Shown: positions 48,166 to 57,791, counted from the first letter of the stretch. The stretch: DNA of 64,000 bases from Pseudomonadota bacterium (GCA_041178425.1 JBEGVH010000009.1:32001-96000), one strand, 5' to 3'. Notes: generated by a model not told the origin, from the sequence alone. Program-made: numbers and translations.

Positions 48166-49324
48166 ACCCTCAACTCCTCTTTTATCGATCCTAAGTACAA
48201 CGATCGTTTTGTTATCTATTCCGACAATGGCTAATGAAACTTTTGATGACTTAGTGATACCTAGCAAATCTAGTTTTTGGAGCATCCCCCTCGACGCCCA
48301 AAGTACAAAATGGGCTGATATAAAGGGTAAAAACATTTCATTAGCTCCTCAAATGACGGTTCTTTTAAATGATAAGGAAGCTAATAAGGCCATTAAGTCC
48401 AATCATAAAAAAGAATTGGTCGTTAAAGCGATGACCAACAGCAAAGATATTGGTCTTTACCTCGAATGGAGTGATGAGAGCCTCAACCAAGCGACTACAA
48501 AAGAAACAAAAAGCTTTGGAGATTCTGTTGCTATTGAGATCCCACTTAAGTTTGGAAAAGGCGAAAGGCTCCCGTACATCGGCATGGGCGACGAAAAAGC
48601 CTATGTGGAAGTCGACATGGCCAGATCGGCAGAAGGAAAAGTAATTAAAAGCCATTTTGTCGGCGCTGGCTTCGGCTCTCTAACTCGTCGTCAAGCCACA
48701 AACCATGATATGAGTCTCACCTATGATTCAAACAAAAAATTATGGCGAGCGGTTATTATTCGCCCAATTATGAACGAGAAGAATAGAGAGATTGAAGGAT
48801 TGTTGCCGATTGCCTTTGCTCTTTGGAATGGCGCCAACAATGAGCGCGGCGGTAACAAATACCTATCAGGCTGGCACTTTATCAAACTTGAAAAATACAA
48901 GGTCTCTGAACAGTATCAAAATGAGATGAGCTTTGGCTATGGAGCTAAGACCATAGGAGATATAGAGCTTGGCAAACAAATATTCAACTCAACTTGCATT
49001 GGCTGCCACCGTAGCAATGATATGAAGATTGCCCCTGAAGGTCTAGCTCCGAACCTGATGGGAATAGGCAGTATTGCCTCATTTTCTTACCTTCGTGACT
49101 CAATTGTAGATCCTAATCAGGTTGTCATTCGCCAACTCAATATAAACAGACACTATAACAAATCAGAAAAGCCTGACCAATTTAAAGCCTACCCCAACAA
49201 TGACGCATTTATGTGGTATACTAAAGACGAGAAAGGAAACAAAGTTTCAAAAATGCCCAGCTTTCAGGGGTTGCCCCCTGAATCGATCAACAACCTCGTG
49301 GCATATTTGAAAAGTCTAAAGTAG
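48158..49324 (+). CDS. Gamma subunit: EbdC/SerC-like heme-b DOMON domain fused to C-terminal cytochrome c
   Basis: Signal peptide; LEWSD, PYIGMG and ERGGNK (Met/Lys ligands as in EbdC); CIGCH...KMP heme-c domain. Confidence 0.8.
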   Translation: MHKPSTPLLSILSTTIVLLSIPTMANETFDDLVIPSKSSFWSIPLDAQSTKWADIKGKNISLAPQMTVLLNDKEANKAIKSNHKKELVVKAMTNSKDIGLYLEWSDESLNQATTKETKSFGDSVAIEIPLKFGKGERLPYIGMGDEKAYVEVDMARSAEGKVIKSHFVGAGFGSLTRRQATNHDMSLTYDSNKKLWRAVIIRPIMNEKNREIEGLLPIAFALWNGANNERGGNKYLSGWHFIKLEKYKVSEQYQNEMSFGYGAKTIGDIELGKQIFNSTCIGCHRSNDMKIAPEGLAPNLMGIGSIASFSYLRDSIVDPNQVVIRQLNINRHYNKSEKPDQFKAYPNNDAFMWYTKDEKGNKVSKMPSFQGLPPESINNLVAYLKSLK

Positions 49325-49332
49325 GAGTGCTT

Positions 49333-49755
49333 ATGAAATTTTTTAAGATCTATGCCCTTTCTGCCCTTTTCCTCTTCGGTAACCAATCCGCCATGGCGGC
49401 CAAAATCGGAGAAGAAGTAGAACTCACCAGTGGCGCCGTTACAGCCTTAAGCTGCGCAAAACGCGCGCTTGCTGAGAACAACCTAGATCTCCTCTCTAGC
49501 TGCCCTCTCTCCGAAGTATCCTCGGGCTATGTTGTTTTCGATGTTGCCGAAAAGGCCATTTATCAAATATCAGAAAAAAATGTTTTTCTTTTTGAACTCG
49601 AAAGAGCCTTCGGCGGTGGAAGCATTGATTTCACCGGCAAGGTAGCCAAAGTGATTAAATCGAAAAAAGACCAGCTCGAAATCAACGTCGTCGATGTGAG
49701 TGAATACTCTATTACTCAAAAAGCGAAGCCAGGCTCTTTTAAAGGCTGTCTGTAA
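49333..49755 (+). CDS. Small exported hypothetical protein with C-terminal KGCL
   Basis: RBS AGGAG, signal peptide (SAMA), two internal Cys, last gene of the oxidoreductase operon. Confidence 0.65.
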   Translation: MKFFKIYALSALFLFGNQSAMAAKIGEEVELTSGAVTALSCAKRALAENNLDLLSSCPLSEVSSGYVVFDVAEKAIYQISEKNVFLFELERAFGGGSIDFTGKVAKVIKSKKDQLEINVVDVSEYSITQKAKPGSFKGCL

Positions 49756-50611
49756 ACTCCGTTTGTTGGTCTTCGGAAACCTTGAATTTTCCTTGGGCCA
49801 ATAATCTATCGATAATAACGCTAAAGTATTGTTTTTGATCGCTAGTGCCAGAAGTTGTAATTGGAACTCCCAAGTCTGAAGCCTCTCTTATTTGAACATC
49901 TAAAGGAATTTGGCCAAGAAAAGGAATTTCATACTGCTCAGCCAAAAGCAATCCGCCCATCTCACCAAACAGAAAATGTTTCTGCTTCGTAGTAGGATCC
50001 TCAAAATAGCTCATATTTTCGATGATTCCACCAATGGGGGCATTGATTTCTTGAAGCATACGAATGGCCCGTCGAACATCATCGGTAGCCACAGTTTGAG
50101 GGGTAGTTACTACAATTGACGATGTCACGTGGAGTTCTTGGAAAATCGTCAACTGACTATCGCCCGTCCCTGGCGGCATATCGATCACTAAAAAATCAAG
50201 TGCGCCCCAAGCAACGTCGTCAAGGAGTTGAATCATAGCACTTGTGGCAACCGACGATCGCCACATCAATGGCGTATCAGGTTTTGGTGTCGTTAAGCCT
50301 GGACTCATAATCTTAAGCCCAAAATTTTCAGAAGGAACTATCTTATTATCATTATTCCAGTGAAGCCGCTCGTTCTCAACCTGCAACATTCGGGGAACAC
50401 TCGGTCCATAAACATCGGCATCTAGTATTCCAACGGTAAAATCTCTTTGAGCCAATGCACTTGCCAAATGAACTGCAACGGTTGACTTGCCCACCCCGCC
50501 TTTTCCGCTGGTAACAATAACCACATTTTTTGCGTAGGGAGCACGATTATTTGGTTTTTGAGTGCTGCCAAAGGGAACTTTATTTTTCATTGAAGCGTTA
50601 TTTAATGCCAT
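49739..50611 (-). CDS. mrp: Mrp/ApbC (NBP35) Fe-S cluster carrier ATPase
   Basis: SGKGGVGKST, DADVYGPS, DMPPGTGD, VTTPQ, IIENMS. Confidence 0.9.
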   Translation of the reverse strand: MALNNASMKNKVPFGSTQKPNNRAPYAKNVVIVTSGKGGVGKSTVAVHLASALAQRDFTVGILDADVYGPSVPRMLQVENERLHWNNDNKIVPSENFGLKIMSPGLTTPKPDTPLMWRSSVATSAMIQLLDDVAWGALDFLVIDMPPGTGDSQLTIFQELHVTSSIVVTTPQTVATDDVRRAIRMLQEINAPIGGIIENMSYFEDPTTKQKHFLFGEMGGLLLAEQYEIPFLGQIPLDVQIREASDLGVPITTSGTSDQKQYFSVIIDRLLAQGKFKVSEDQQTEFTDSL

Positions 50612-50667
50612 AAACCAAAGGTATTAACGATATCGCCATCGTGCAAGTAAATCTGTAGGTATTTTTT

Positions 50668-51759
50668 CTACGACACGCTCTCAATACCGCCCACCAAAGA
50701 AAATATCGGAGCCCCCTTATAATCTTGTAACAACTCTAAAGCTTGCAGTGATCGAACCCCTTTTTGACAATACAAAACAATTTTCTTTTCGATGGGACCA
50801 AAACGATGTCCATTGATTAAATCAGAAAGTGGCCAATGAAGAGCTCCGTCTAAATGCCCCCGCTCCCACTCAGACTGCTCACGCACATCGACCAGAGTGA
50901 CTTGATTTTTTTTTAGCCAAATTTGAACTTCACTCCAACTCACCTCTGAGGCACGCGAACAAATGGGCAAACTGAATTGAACCGGTATTTCATTGCCTTC
51001 TCGACTACAACACACACAGGTTTTATTCTTCTTAACCTGTAATTTTAGGGTGTCTAATTCATCCATCTGAAAAAAAACAATTCTACCCAAGGGGGGATAC
51101 AGGGCATGGGCAGGATCACCCCCTGAAATAATCCATTTAAGAACGAGAGAAGCCTGTGCCGTACCAATCATGCCCACCAGAGGCCCCAAAACTCCAGACG
51201 CTGAACAATTTTTTATTAGAGCCCGTGGTTCCTCAGGTAAAAAACAACGGTAACACGGCCCCTGTGAGCTATGAAATAAACCAAACTGACCTTCGAAGCG
51301 ATCAACTGCGCCATAAATCATAGGTTTTTTGAGCTTGTGCGAAATGGCGGCAATTAAAAACTTTGTACTGAAATTATCACTTCCGTCGATGATAATATCA
51401 TAATTAGAAACGATATCTTCTGCATTTTCAGAATTTAAATTTTCTTGGTAAATATTTATTTTACAATCGGAGTTGATCTTTTTTAGTTGTCTCTCTGCAA
51501 CGTTCACTTTCGGCAAGCCCTCATCGGAAGGAGAGAACAATATTTGCCTTTGCAGATTAGTCATCGAAACTGTATCGGAATCAATCAGACCAAGAGTTCC
51601 AATTCCTGCGGCAGTGAGATAAAGTGCGGCTGGTGTGCCTAAACCTCCAACACCCACTATTAGCACCTTCGCGCTCCGAATCTTTTGTTGCCCCTCTATC
51701 CCCACAAAATCCAAACTTTCATGCCGTAAGTAACGGTTATGCTGAATCTGTTGTAGCAT
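50668..51759 (-). CDS. moeB: MoeB/MoeZ-type adenylyltransferase with C-terminal rhodanese domain
   Basis: GVGGLG, NLQRQ, DGSDNF, CYRC, CVCC; rhodanese VDVRE...GHLDGA...LYCQKGVRS. Confidence 0.9.
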   Translation of the reverse strand: MLQQIQHNRYLRHESLDFVGIEGQQKIRSAKVLIVGVGGLGTPAALYLTAAGIGTLGLIDSDTVSMTNLQRQILFSPSDEGLPKVNVAERQLKKINSDCKINIYQENLNSENAEDIVSNYDIIIDGSDNFSTKFLIAAISHKLKKPMIYGAVDRFEGQFGLFHSSQGPCYRCFLPEEPRALIKNCSASGVLGPLVGMIGTAQASLVLKWIISGGDPAHALYPPLGRIVFFQMDELDTLKLQVKKNKTCVCCSREGNEIPVQFSLPICSRASEVSWSEVQIWLKKNQVTLVDVREQSEWERGHLDGALHWPLSDLINGHRFGPIEKKIVLYCQKGVRSLQALELLQDYKGAPIFSLVGGIESVS

Positions 51760-52142
51760 TATGATTTCCCTTCGATGTGTAAGGGCTTCGATTTAATACT
51801 AAACGAATCCACTTCGAGATGAACTTCATGAAGATCGTCTACCCCAGAAAAATCAGTTTTAAATATTCGCGTGAGTTCTTTTTTAATTCTACCCTCTCGG
51901 GCACTAGTGGCTAATTCAGCAGCCGCAGGTCTAGGAAAACGAACCAATAAGGTCATCTTTCGATCGCTCATTTGAGTGATGAAATCAAATTTTTCACCCA
52001 GCTCAATTCGCAATTCAATACTATGCGCTTCTATAGAACCAAAAGAAACTTTTTGGCAATAGGAACCGTTTGTCAGAAACATTTCGAATTCTTCGATTTG
52101 AAAACGAATTCTAATATCTCTACCTTCAAATCGAACATTCAT
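51759..52142 (-). CDS. Hypothetical protein within the Moco operon
   Basis: 127-aa ORF overlapping both neighbours (translationally coupled). Confidence 0.55.
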   Translation of the reverse strand: MNVRFEGRDIRIRFQIEEFEMFLTNGSYCQKVSFGSIEAHSIELRIELGEKFDFITQMSDRKMTLLVRFPRPAAAELATSAREGRIKKELTRIFKTDFSGVDDLHEVHLEVDSFSIKSKPLHIEGKS

Positions 52143-52777
52143 ATTAACTCCAAATCTGATGGCGTATTACAATTGACAAAACAGCGATCATCAATCAACG
52201 GAAAGAGACGAGTTTTTGAGCGCTCTATCAAATTTAGAAAACTTCTACTCTTTTTTGAAAGCTGAAGTAACTCTTCTATATTTTCAACAACGGAAGGACT
52301 CGCTCTCAAGAGAATCGGAAAAACTTTTCCCTCAAAACAAAGAATTTCAGTCTCATCATCGTCCCTTCGTTGATTCACTAGATCGTACAAAAAATGCGGT
52401 TCCATCAGCGGCATATCAACTGGCATCACCAAAAGCCAAGCATCATTAATCCCTTTTTCGAGGAGCGATCGAATAACCGAGTAGAGCCCTCCGAGGGGCC
52501 CTAATCCTGGACTGATATCGGCGATACCGTCGTAGCCCTCAATCGTACCACTTAGCATTACTGAATAATTCTCAGTAACAAACTCACGGAGCATCCCAAG
52601 CGAACGATCGATCCATTTTTGACCGTCTTTTAATAAAAATCGCTTATCTTGCCCCATCCTCCGAGATTCACCCCCAGCAAGAACAACTGGTATTAGAGGT
52701 GCGCAGCACAAGAATGTTTTATCTCCTGCGTTTTCTCTTTGTGCCGATGCTGACATAATGCATGTCCCTTGAGCCAT
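52139..52777 (-). CDS. mobA: Molybdenum cofactor guanylyltransferase
   Basis: VLAGGESRRMGQDK, GPLGGL, PVDMP, NCNTPSD; exact start uncertain. Confidence 0.85.
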   Translation of the reverse strand: MAQGTCIMSASAQRENAGDKTFLCCAPLIPVVLAGGESRRMGQDKRFLLKDGQKWIDRSLGMLREFVTENYSVMLSGTIEGYDGIADISPGLGPLGGLYSVIRSLLEKGINDAWLLVMPVDMPLMEPHFLYDLVNQRRDDDETEILCFEGKVFPILLRASPSVVENIEELLQLSKKSRSFLNLIERSKTRLFPLIDDRCFVNCNTPSDLELI

Positions 52778-53193
52778 TCTGTTTCTCCGTCTTCATAGTG
52801 TTCTTTCTTCCAAATGGGGGCTCGAATTTTAATTTGCTCAATAATGAATCGCGAGGCCATGTAAGACTCATCCCGATGAAGTGAGCTTACACCAATGCCA
52901 ACACTCACCTCACCTACTGCTAACTGACCGACTCGATGCTGTACATAAATTCTAAGATCTTTACCCCAATGATCCTGAGCCTCTCTTGCAATTTCACGCA
53001 AAATTTTCTCTCCCAAGGGGGCGTAGGCATCGTAGCTCACAGCCATCACGGTCTTGCCTAAATTTACCTCTCTCACCGCGCCAAAAAAATAATTTTGAGC
53101 TCCATGCTGCATTTGCTGAGTGAACTGAAAGATGGCTTCAGGATCGAGTGGTCCCTCTGCTATACAACAAAAAACTTCACCGTATTCAGACAT
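52693..53193 (-). CDS. moaE: Molybdopterin synthase catalytic subunit
   Basis: FFGAVRE, YDAY, HRVGQL.VGE, HRDE, APIWKKEHY. Confidence 0.92.
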   Translation of the reverse strand: MSEYGEVFCCIAEGPLDPEAIFQFTQQMQHGAQNYFFGAVREVNLGKTVMAVSYDAYAPLGEKILREIAREAQDHWGKDLRIYVQHRVGQLAVGEVSVGIGVSSLHRDESYMASRFIIEQIKIRAPIWKKEHYEDGETEWLKGHALCQHRHKEKTQEIKHSCAAHL

Positions 53194-53194
53194 A

Positions 53195-53458
53195 CTACCC
53201 TCCACAGACGGGTGGAAGAATTGCAATTTCGCCACCTGGCACAACTAAGTCATGAGATGAATAAATTGACTCATCATTCGCGATAGCAGAGTCCAGAACC
53301 AGTTGATCGTCTTCAAATTGAGGATTCCTTTTTCGGAGAGCCTGACCAATTAACTGTTTTACCTCGCCGACAGTAATCTCGGAAGAGTGATCTATAACGA
53401 TATGTGTGTCATTTCCAACATACTTTCGAAAGGCCCCAAATAAACGAACTCTAGTCAT
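53195..53458 (-). CDS. moaD: Molybdopterin synthase sulfur carrier
   Basis: Ubiquitin-like, ends EIAILPPVCGG. Confidence 0.9.
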   Translation of the reverse strand: MTRVRLFGAFRKYVGNDTHIVIDHSSEITVGEVKQLIGQALRKRNPQFEDDQLVLDSAIANDESIYSSHDLVVPGGEIAILPPVCGG

Positions 53459-53459
53459 T

Positions 53460-54722
53460 TTAAATTCCCCTCTCTATTTCAAAATACTCAACCATAGCAC
53501 CAGAATCAGTGACATTGCCAAACTCAGGTAAAATAACCCAAGCATTCGCTTCGCTAAAGTTTCCAACAAGGTATGAACCCTGCTGTGGAACAATCTCTGC
53601 AACACACTCCGCCTCTTCCTGAGTCACTCGCGCCTTGTAAAAGCAGGTCAACCCTTTTGGCTTTTTCATATCAAACCTGACTTTTGCCGTTCGTTTTTCT
53701 CTCTGAGTTCTGCCGAAACGCTCATTCAAATAGGGCCGAACAAAAAACTCAAGAGCCACTGCCGTACTCACAGGATTTCCTGGCATTCCAAAGACGGGAA
53801 TCGAAGAGCCCTTTTCCTGCAAAAAAATCTCTGCAAATAGTAATGGTTTAGCGGGTCTAATTGCCACTTTATGAAAATGAATAGTGGCCTTCAAATCCTT
53901 AAGAGCGGGCACAATAAAATCATATTTTCCCATCGAGACCGCGCCCGTAGTTAGAATAAGATCAACACCACTCACTAACACCCGTTTGAAAAGTTCAATA
54001 TAGGCTTGAGGTTCATCTGGGACCAGACCATAATTGATGACTTCGCATCCCAGGTTTTGGAGCTTAGATTCTAGATAGGGACCCGTGCAATTACGTATTT
54101 TTCCATGCGGCATTTGAGACTCTCTAAAATCAACAAGCTCAGAACCGGTCGACAGAATAGCGATACGAGGCTTTCTACAAACAGGAGCCTGGGTAATTCC
54201 GCAGGCAGCCAATGGCAAAATCATATCGATTCGAAAAACAGAACCCTTAGTTAAAAGTTTTTGCCCGATTTTCATATCGCTACCCGCTGGCCTGATATTT
54301 TCCAGTGGCGCGACTGCTCGGTGAATCCGAATCCAGTCTTTACCATTGGCTCGGAAACGCTCCACCTCTTCAATTTTTACCACGGCGTTAAAAGGAGAGG
54401 GAGGCACAGGCGCACCCGTCATGATTTCGAAAGCGCCTCGGTGAGAAGAAGACCCGTTAAGTCCAGTGTCTCCTGCTGCAATTTCCCCAATCACTTCGAG
54501 TTCAACAGGCGCATCAGAGGCTGCCAGAAGTGTATCGCTCGCATTGATTGCAAAACCATCCATAGCCGAATTATCAAACGATGGAACCAGGGTCTCACTG
54601 TGAATGTCCTGAGCTAGGATACGGCCTACGGCCATCGACAAATCAACCCACTCTAATGATAGATCCCCCAGAATCCTAGCCCGCTCTCTAATTGTGGTTA
54701 AGGCCTCATCGTATGAAATCAA
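53460..54722 (-). CDS. moeA: Molybdopterin molybdotransferase
   Basis: PSFDNSAMDGFA, IMTGAPVP, STGSEL, TTGAVSMGKYD, GMPGNPVS. Confidence 0.95.
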   Translation of the reverse strand: MISYDEALTTIRERARILGDLSLEWVDLSMAVGRILAQDIHSETLVPSFDNSAMDGFAINASDTLLAASDAPVELEVIGEIAAGDTGLNGSSSHRGAFEIMTGAPVPPSPFNAVVKIEEVERFRANGKDWIRIHRAVAPLENIRPAGSDMKIGQKLLTKGSVFRIDMILPLAACGITQAPVCRKPRIAILSTGSELVDFRESQMPHGKIRNCTGPYLESKLQNLGCEVINYGLVPDEPQAYIELFKRVLVSGVDLILTTGAVSMGKYDFIVPALKDLKATIHFHKVAIRPAKPLLFAEIFLQEKGSSIPVFGMPGNPVSTAVALEFFVRPYLNERFGRTQREKRTAKVRFDMKKPKGLTCFYKARVTQEEAECVAEIVPQQGSYLVGNFSEANAWVILPEFGNVTDSGAMVEYFEIERGI

Positions 54723-55809
54723 AATGAAACTCCTTATGCCGAAGCAAATGAATTATACCAAAGACTAAAAACACCCAGAGAAGATTTTTTGTCAGTAAAA
54801 CTACGGCCACTGTTGCAAAGAGATACCATCGCCCCCCTGCCTCTTTCCAACTCTGATTGGCCAGAGTGACATGGAAACAACCTACTGTGGCTAACAACAC
54901 CACGAGCAAAAATGCAGGAATGACAACACCTGTATTGGAAATTAAAAACGAAAGAACGATGAGGAGTAAACCAAAGAAAGCCGTCGATGACCAATGTCGG
55001 GCCCCAGAACGGTAATGAGCTGTTAGTCCCCCAGAACCATGACAAAAAGGCATTCCCCCAAACGCGGCGACGACTAGGTTTCCTAATCCGATCACTCCCA
55101 AAAGCTGACGAAACGTCAATTTGCTAGACTGATTTGGAAAAAGCCGGTCGCAAATAATCTTTGTAGACAGCACTGAATTTCCCATGGTCAAAAAGATTTG
55201 TGGAAGTATCAACCCGATGACCATGCCCCAACGCACATCACTCTGAGATACACCCACACTCGCTCCCAAGACTTCACCCTCAGTCCCATTCACCAGACCA
55301 ATAAAAAAGGCAATGGTAGCACTCAGGCCTAGAAGGGGAACACCACGCCACTCCGATCTCCAAAGAAGAGCACTAACGAAAACAAAACAAAGAGCAATTT
55401 CTAATGGAGGAAGGCTCGCTTTTGATGCTGATTGAACGGATTGCAGAATTAACAATACGCCTAAGCCCACTTGGAGTTGGTGAATCAATATCAGCGGAAC
55501 TTTACTGAGGATTGAATCAATTTTTTTACCCTTAAACAACAGCAGTATACAAAAAAAACCTATCCCTGCACCTGCCCAGCGAATTTCAGCAAAAGAGGCT
55601 CCAATAGCCACTGCTGCCATTGCCACTGACTTGAGTGGCTGAACTGGCATAGGCACCCGATAGTACAAGGCTGAGAACACATAAATAAAACCCGTAGAAA
55701 TTAAAAGGGGCGCCATAGATACATGAGCCTTTGAACTCAATAAGACCAAAATTGGAAACAAAATAGCCGCATCCCCAAAAGCACCAAAAAAATTACTTAC
55801 CAGCTTCAT
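54706..55809 (-). CDS. MOT1-type putative molybdate/sulfate transporter
   Basis: GAFGD, PMPVQPLK, LPQ..LT.GNS, GGMPFCHGSGGL.AHYRSGAR motifs; embedded in Moco operon. Confidence 0.8.
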   Translation of the reverse strand: MKLVSNFFGAFGDAAILFPILVLLSSKAHVSMAPLLISTGFIYVFSALYYRVPMPVQPLKSVAMAAVAIGASFAEIRWAGAGIGFFCILLLFKGKKIDSILSKVPLILIHQLQVGLGVLLILQSVQSASKASLPPLEIALCFVFVSALLWRSEWRGVPLLGLSATIAFFIGLVNGTEGEVLGASVGVSQSDVRWGMVIGLILPQIFLTMGNSVLSTKIICDRLFPNQSSKLTFRQLLGVIGLGNLVVAAFGGMPFCHGSGGLTAHYRSGARHWSSTAFFGLLLIVLSFLISNTGVVIPAFLLVVLLATVGCFHVTLANQSWKEAGGRWYLFATVAVVLLTKNLLWVFLVFGIIHLLRHKEFHFDFIR

Positions 55810-56842
55810 GACCCTCTCCGCGAATCATCTTGAGAGCATGCGGTATCAACTCACTGAGAACTTGCATCCCCTCTTTGACGGCCTTTGGGCTCCCAGGCAG
55901 ACAAACAACTATTGTTTGGCCTACCTGTATTGCAACAGATCGACTCAACCACGCATTTTTAGTAAACTGCGAACCATAGCTTCTTAATCGCTCTCCGATG
56001 CCGGGAATAATCCGACCATTCATTGTCTCTGCTAAAGTATTTAGTGCTTCCGGAGTCACATCACGAGGCGACAAACCGGTGCCACCGGTCGTAATTATTA
56101 AATTGGGTTGAACTTTTTGAATCCATGCTTTGAGAGTTTCATTTATAGCGCTCACATTATCGGGAACGATTCCGTGGCTTAGGAGTTTGGAGTTGCGCTC
56201 AATGAGCCAGTCATGAATGACTGGCCCAGATCGATCTTCGTACTGGCCACGGGCTGCCCGATCACTAACAGTTAATGCACAGACTTGGATTTCGGCCCAG
56301 GCCTGATCGCCCACCAAATCCGTTTTTTTTATCAACCCACCGACTTCGCCTGCAGCAGAAGGCAAGGAGGGATTGTTCCACACCCCCGACTTACCCCCCT
56401 GCTTGAACTCGAGTTGAACATCACCAATTCGCAAAACTGGATCAACACCCTTGGCGAGATCATAGATGCAAAGAAGGGCTGCTGTCGCGCCACAAAGAGC
56501 CTCCATTTCAACACCGGTTTTACCAACCGTCTGGGCTTCACAAGAGACTTTTATTCGATTATTTTCTTCAAACTCAGTCCATACTCTGACCGACGACAGA
56601 TCGAGCGGATGGCAGAGCGGCAAAAGGTCGATGGTTCGTTTGGCAGCCTGAATACCCGCCACCTCGCAAAGCACAAGAACATCGCCTTTTGGCAGGCGAC
56701 GCTCTTTAATCAATTGAAGAGTTTCGGGCTGAGCGTAAAAAAATCCGCTGGCCCGGGCAATACGATGGGTTTCCCCCTTAGCCGAGATATCAATCATTCG
56801 AAAATTAGCCACCGATTTCGGCGAAATTGGCTGTTGTTCCAT
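55793..56842 (-). CDS. moaC: MoaC-MoaB/MogA fusion
   Basis: MIDIS.K, LPLCHP, TGVEMEAL, K.GGKSG then TVSDR...DRSGP, TTGGTGLSPRDVTPEA, LPGSPKAV. Confidence 0.92.
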   Translation of the reverse strand: MEQQPISPKSVANFRMIDISAKGETHRIARASGFFYAQPETLQLIKERRLPKGDVLVLCEVAGIQAAKRTIDLLPLCHPLDLSSVRVWTEFEENNRIKVSCEAQTVGKTGVEMEALCGATAALLCIYDLAKGVDPVLRIGDVQLEFKQGGKSGVWNNPSLPSAAGEVGGLIKKTDLVGDQAWAEIQVCALTVSDRAARGQYEDRSGPVIHDWLIERNSKLLSHGIVPDNVSAINETLKAWIQKVQPNLIITTGGTGLSPRDVTPEALNTLAETMNGRIIPGIGERLRSYGSQFTKNAWLSRSVAIQVGQTIVVCLPGSPKAVKEGMQVLSELIPHALKMIRGEGHEAGK

Positions 56843-57791
56843 AAATTCCTTTTTGCAATTGATGGGATATTTTTTTGTTAACCATAAGTTCTTTTATCAC
56901 ATTGGGAAGATCTCTCATTTGCTCGTCGCTTTGAAGCCACGGGCGAAGATCAAGATCTCCATCTCCAAACAAACAGAGGCGTAATTTTCCGCGGGCAGAA
57001 ACCCGCAAGCGATTGCAAGAATGGCAAAAATCGTTAGAGTACGGTGCAATCAAACCAATCGAACCCTGAAATTCTGGGTGCACAAAAACATCGGCAGGGC
57101 CATCTTGAAGTCCTCTCTCGATGGACTCCCAACCACGCCGAAACAACTCTTCCCTAACGACTCCCGTCGATAAATGTCGGTCGGCAAAAAAATCCAAATT
57201 ATCTCCCGTCTTCATCAATTCGATAAACCGTATACTAATCTGACGATTTTTTGCGTAATTGAGGAAAGCCCCAACTTCAGAATCATTGAGTCCTTTTAAA
57301 AGAACAACATTCACTTTGATTTTTGTGAAACCAATGACCAAGGCATCATCAATACAATCGATGATTTGATGAAATAGCGGTGATCCTGTAATTTTGGCAA
57401 AACTTTCATTTTTCAAACTATCAAGACTTATATTTAAAGCCGACAAACCAGCTTTTTTTAAATCAGGCAAGAGCGACCTTAAGCGAAAGGCATTCGTTGT
57501 AAGCGCTATATTTTTGATGTTTTTTTGGGACGAAATTGTTTCGATAATTTCTAAAATATCTTTTCGAAGAGTTGGTTCTCCTCCAGTAATGCGAACTTTC
57601 TGAAAACCCAAAGATGAAAAACCATGAACCAAACGACGAATTTCTTCCAGACTCATTTCATTGGCAGTCTCGCATGGATTCTTCTTGTATCCATTAGGCA
57701 AGCAATAGGAACAGCGAAAATTACAACGATCGGTCACCGACAGTCGCAAGTATTTAAATGTTCGCCCGAATGAATCCCTTAACTCGCCCAT
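56805..57791 (-). CDS. moaA: GTP 3',8-cyclase (radical SAM)
   Basis: LRLSVTDRCNFRCSYC, TGGEP, FCHSCNRLR...LCLF, C-terminal IGG. Confidence 0.96.
   Translation of the reverse strand: MGELRDSFGRTFKYLRLSVTDRCNFRCSYCLPNGYKKNPCETANEMSLEEIRRLVHGFSSLGFQKVRITGGEPTLRKDILEIIETISSQKNIKNIALTTNAFRLRSLLPDLKKAGLSALNISLDSLKNESFAKITGSPLFHQIIDCIDDALVIGFTKIKVNVVLLKGLNDSEVGAFLNYAKNRQISIRFIELMKTGDNLDFFADRHLSTGVVREELFRRGWESIERGLQDGPADVFVHPEFQGSIGLIAPYSNDFCHSCNRLRVSARGKLRLCLFGDGDLDLRPWLQSDEQMRDLPNVIKELMVNKKISHQLQKGIYGTTANFAEIGG

Noticed and set aside
41434..49755. Selenocysteine (UGA readthrough) in the rhodanese or Mo-enzyme genes
   Set aside because: ORFs are full length and end in TAA/TAG; the only TGA closes the 42-aa ORF in an ATGA coupling
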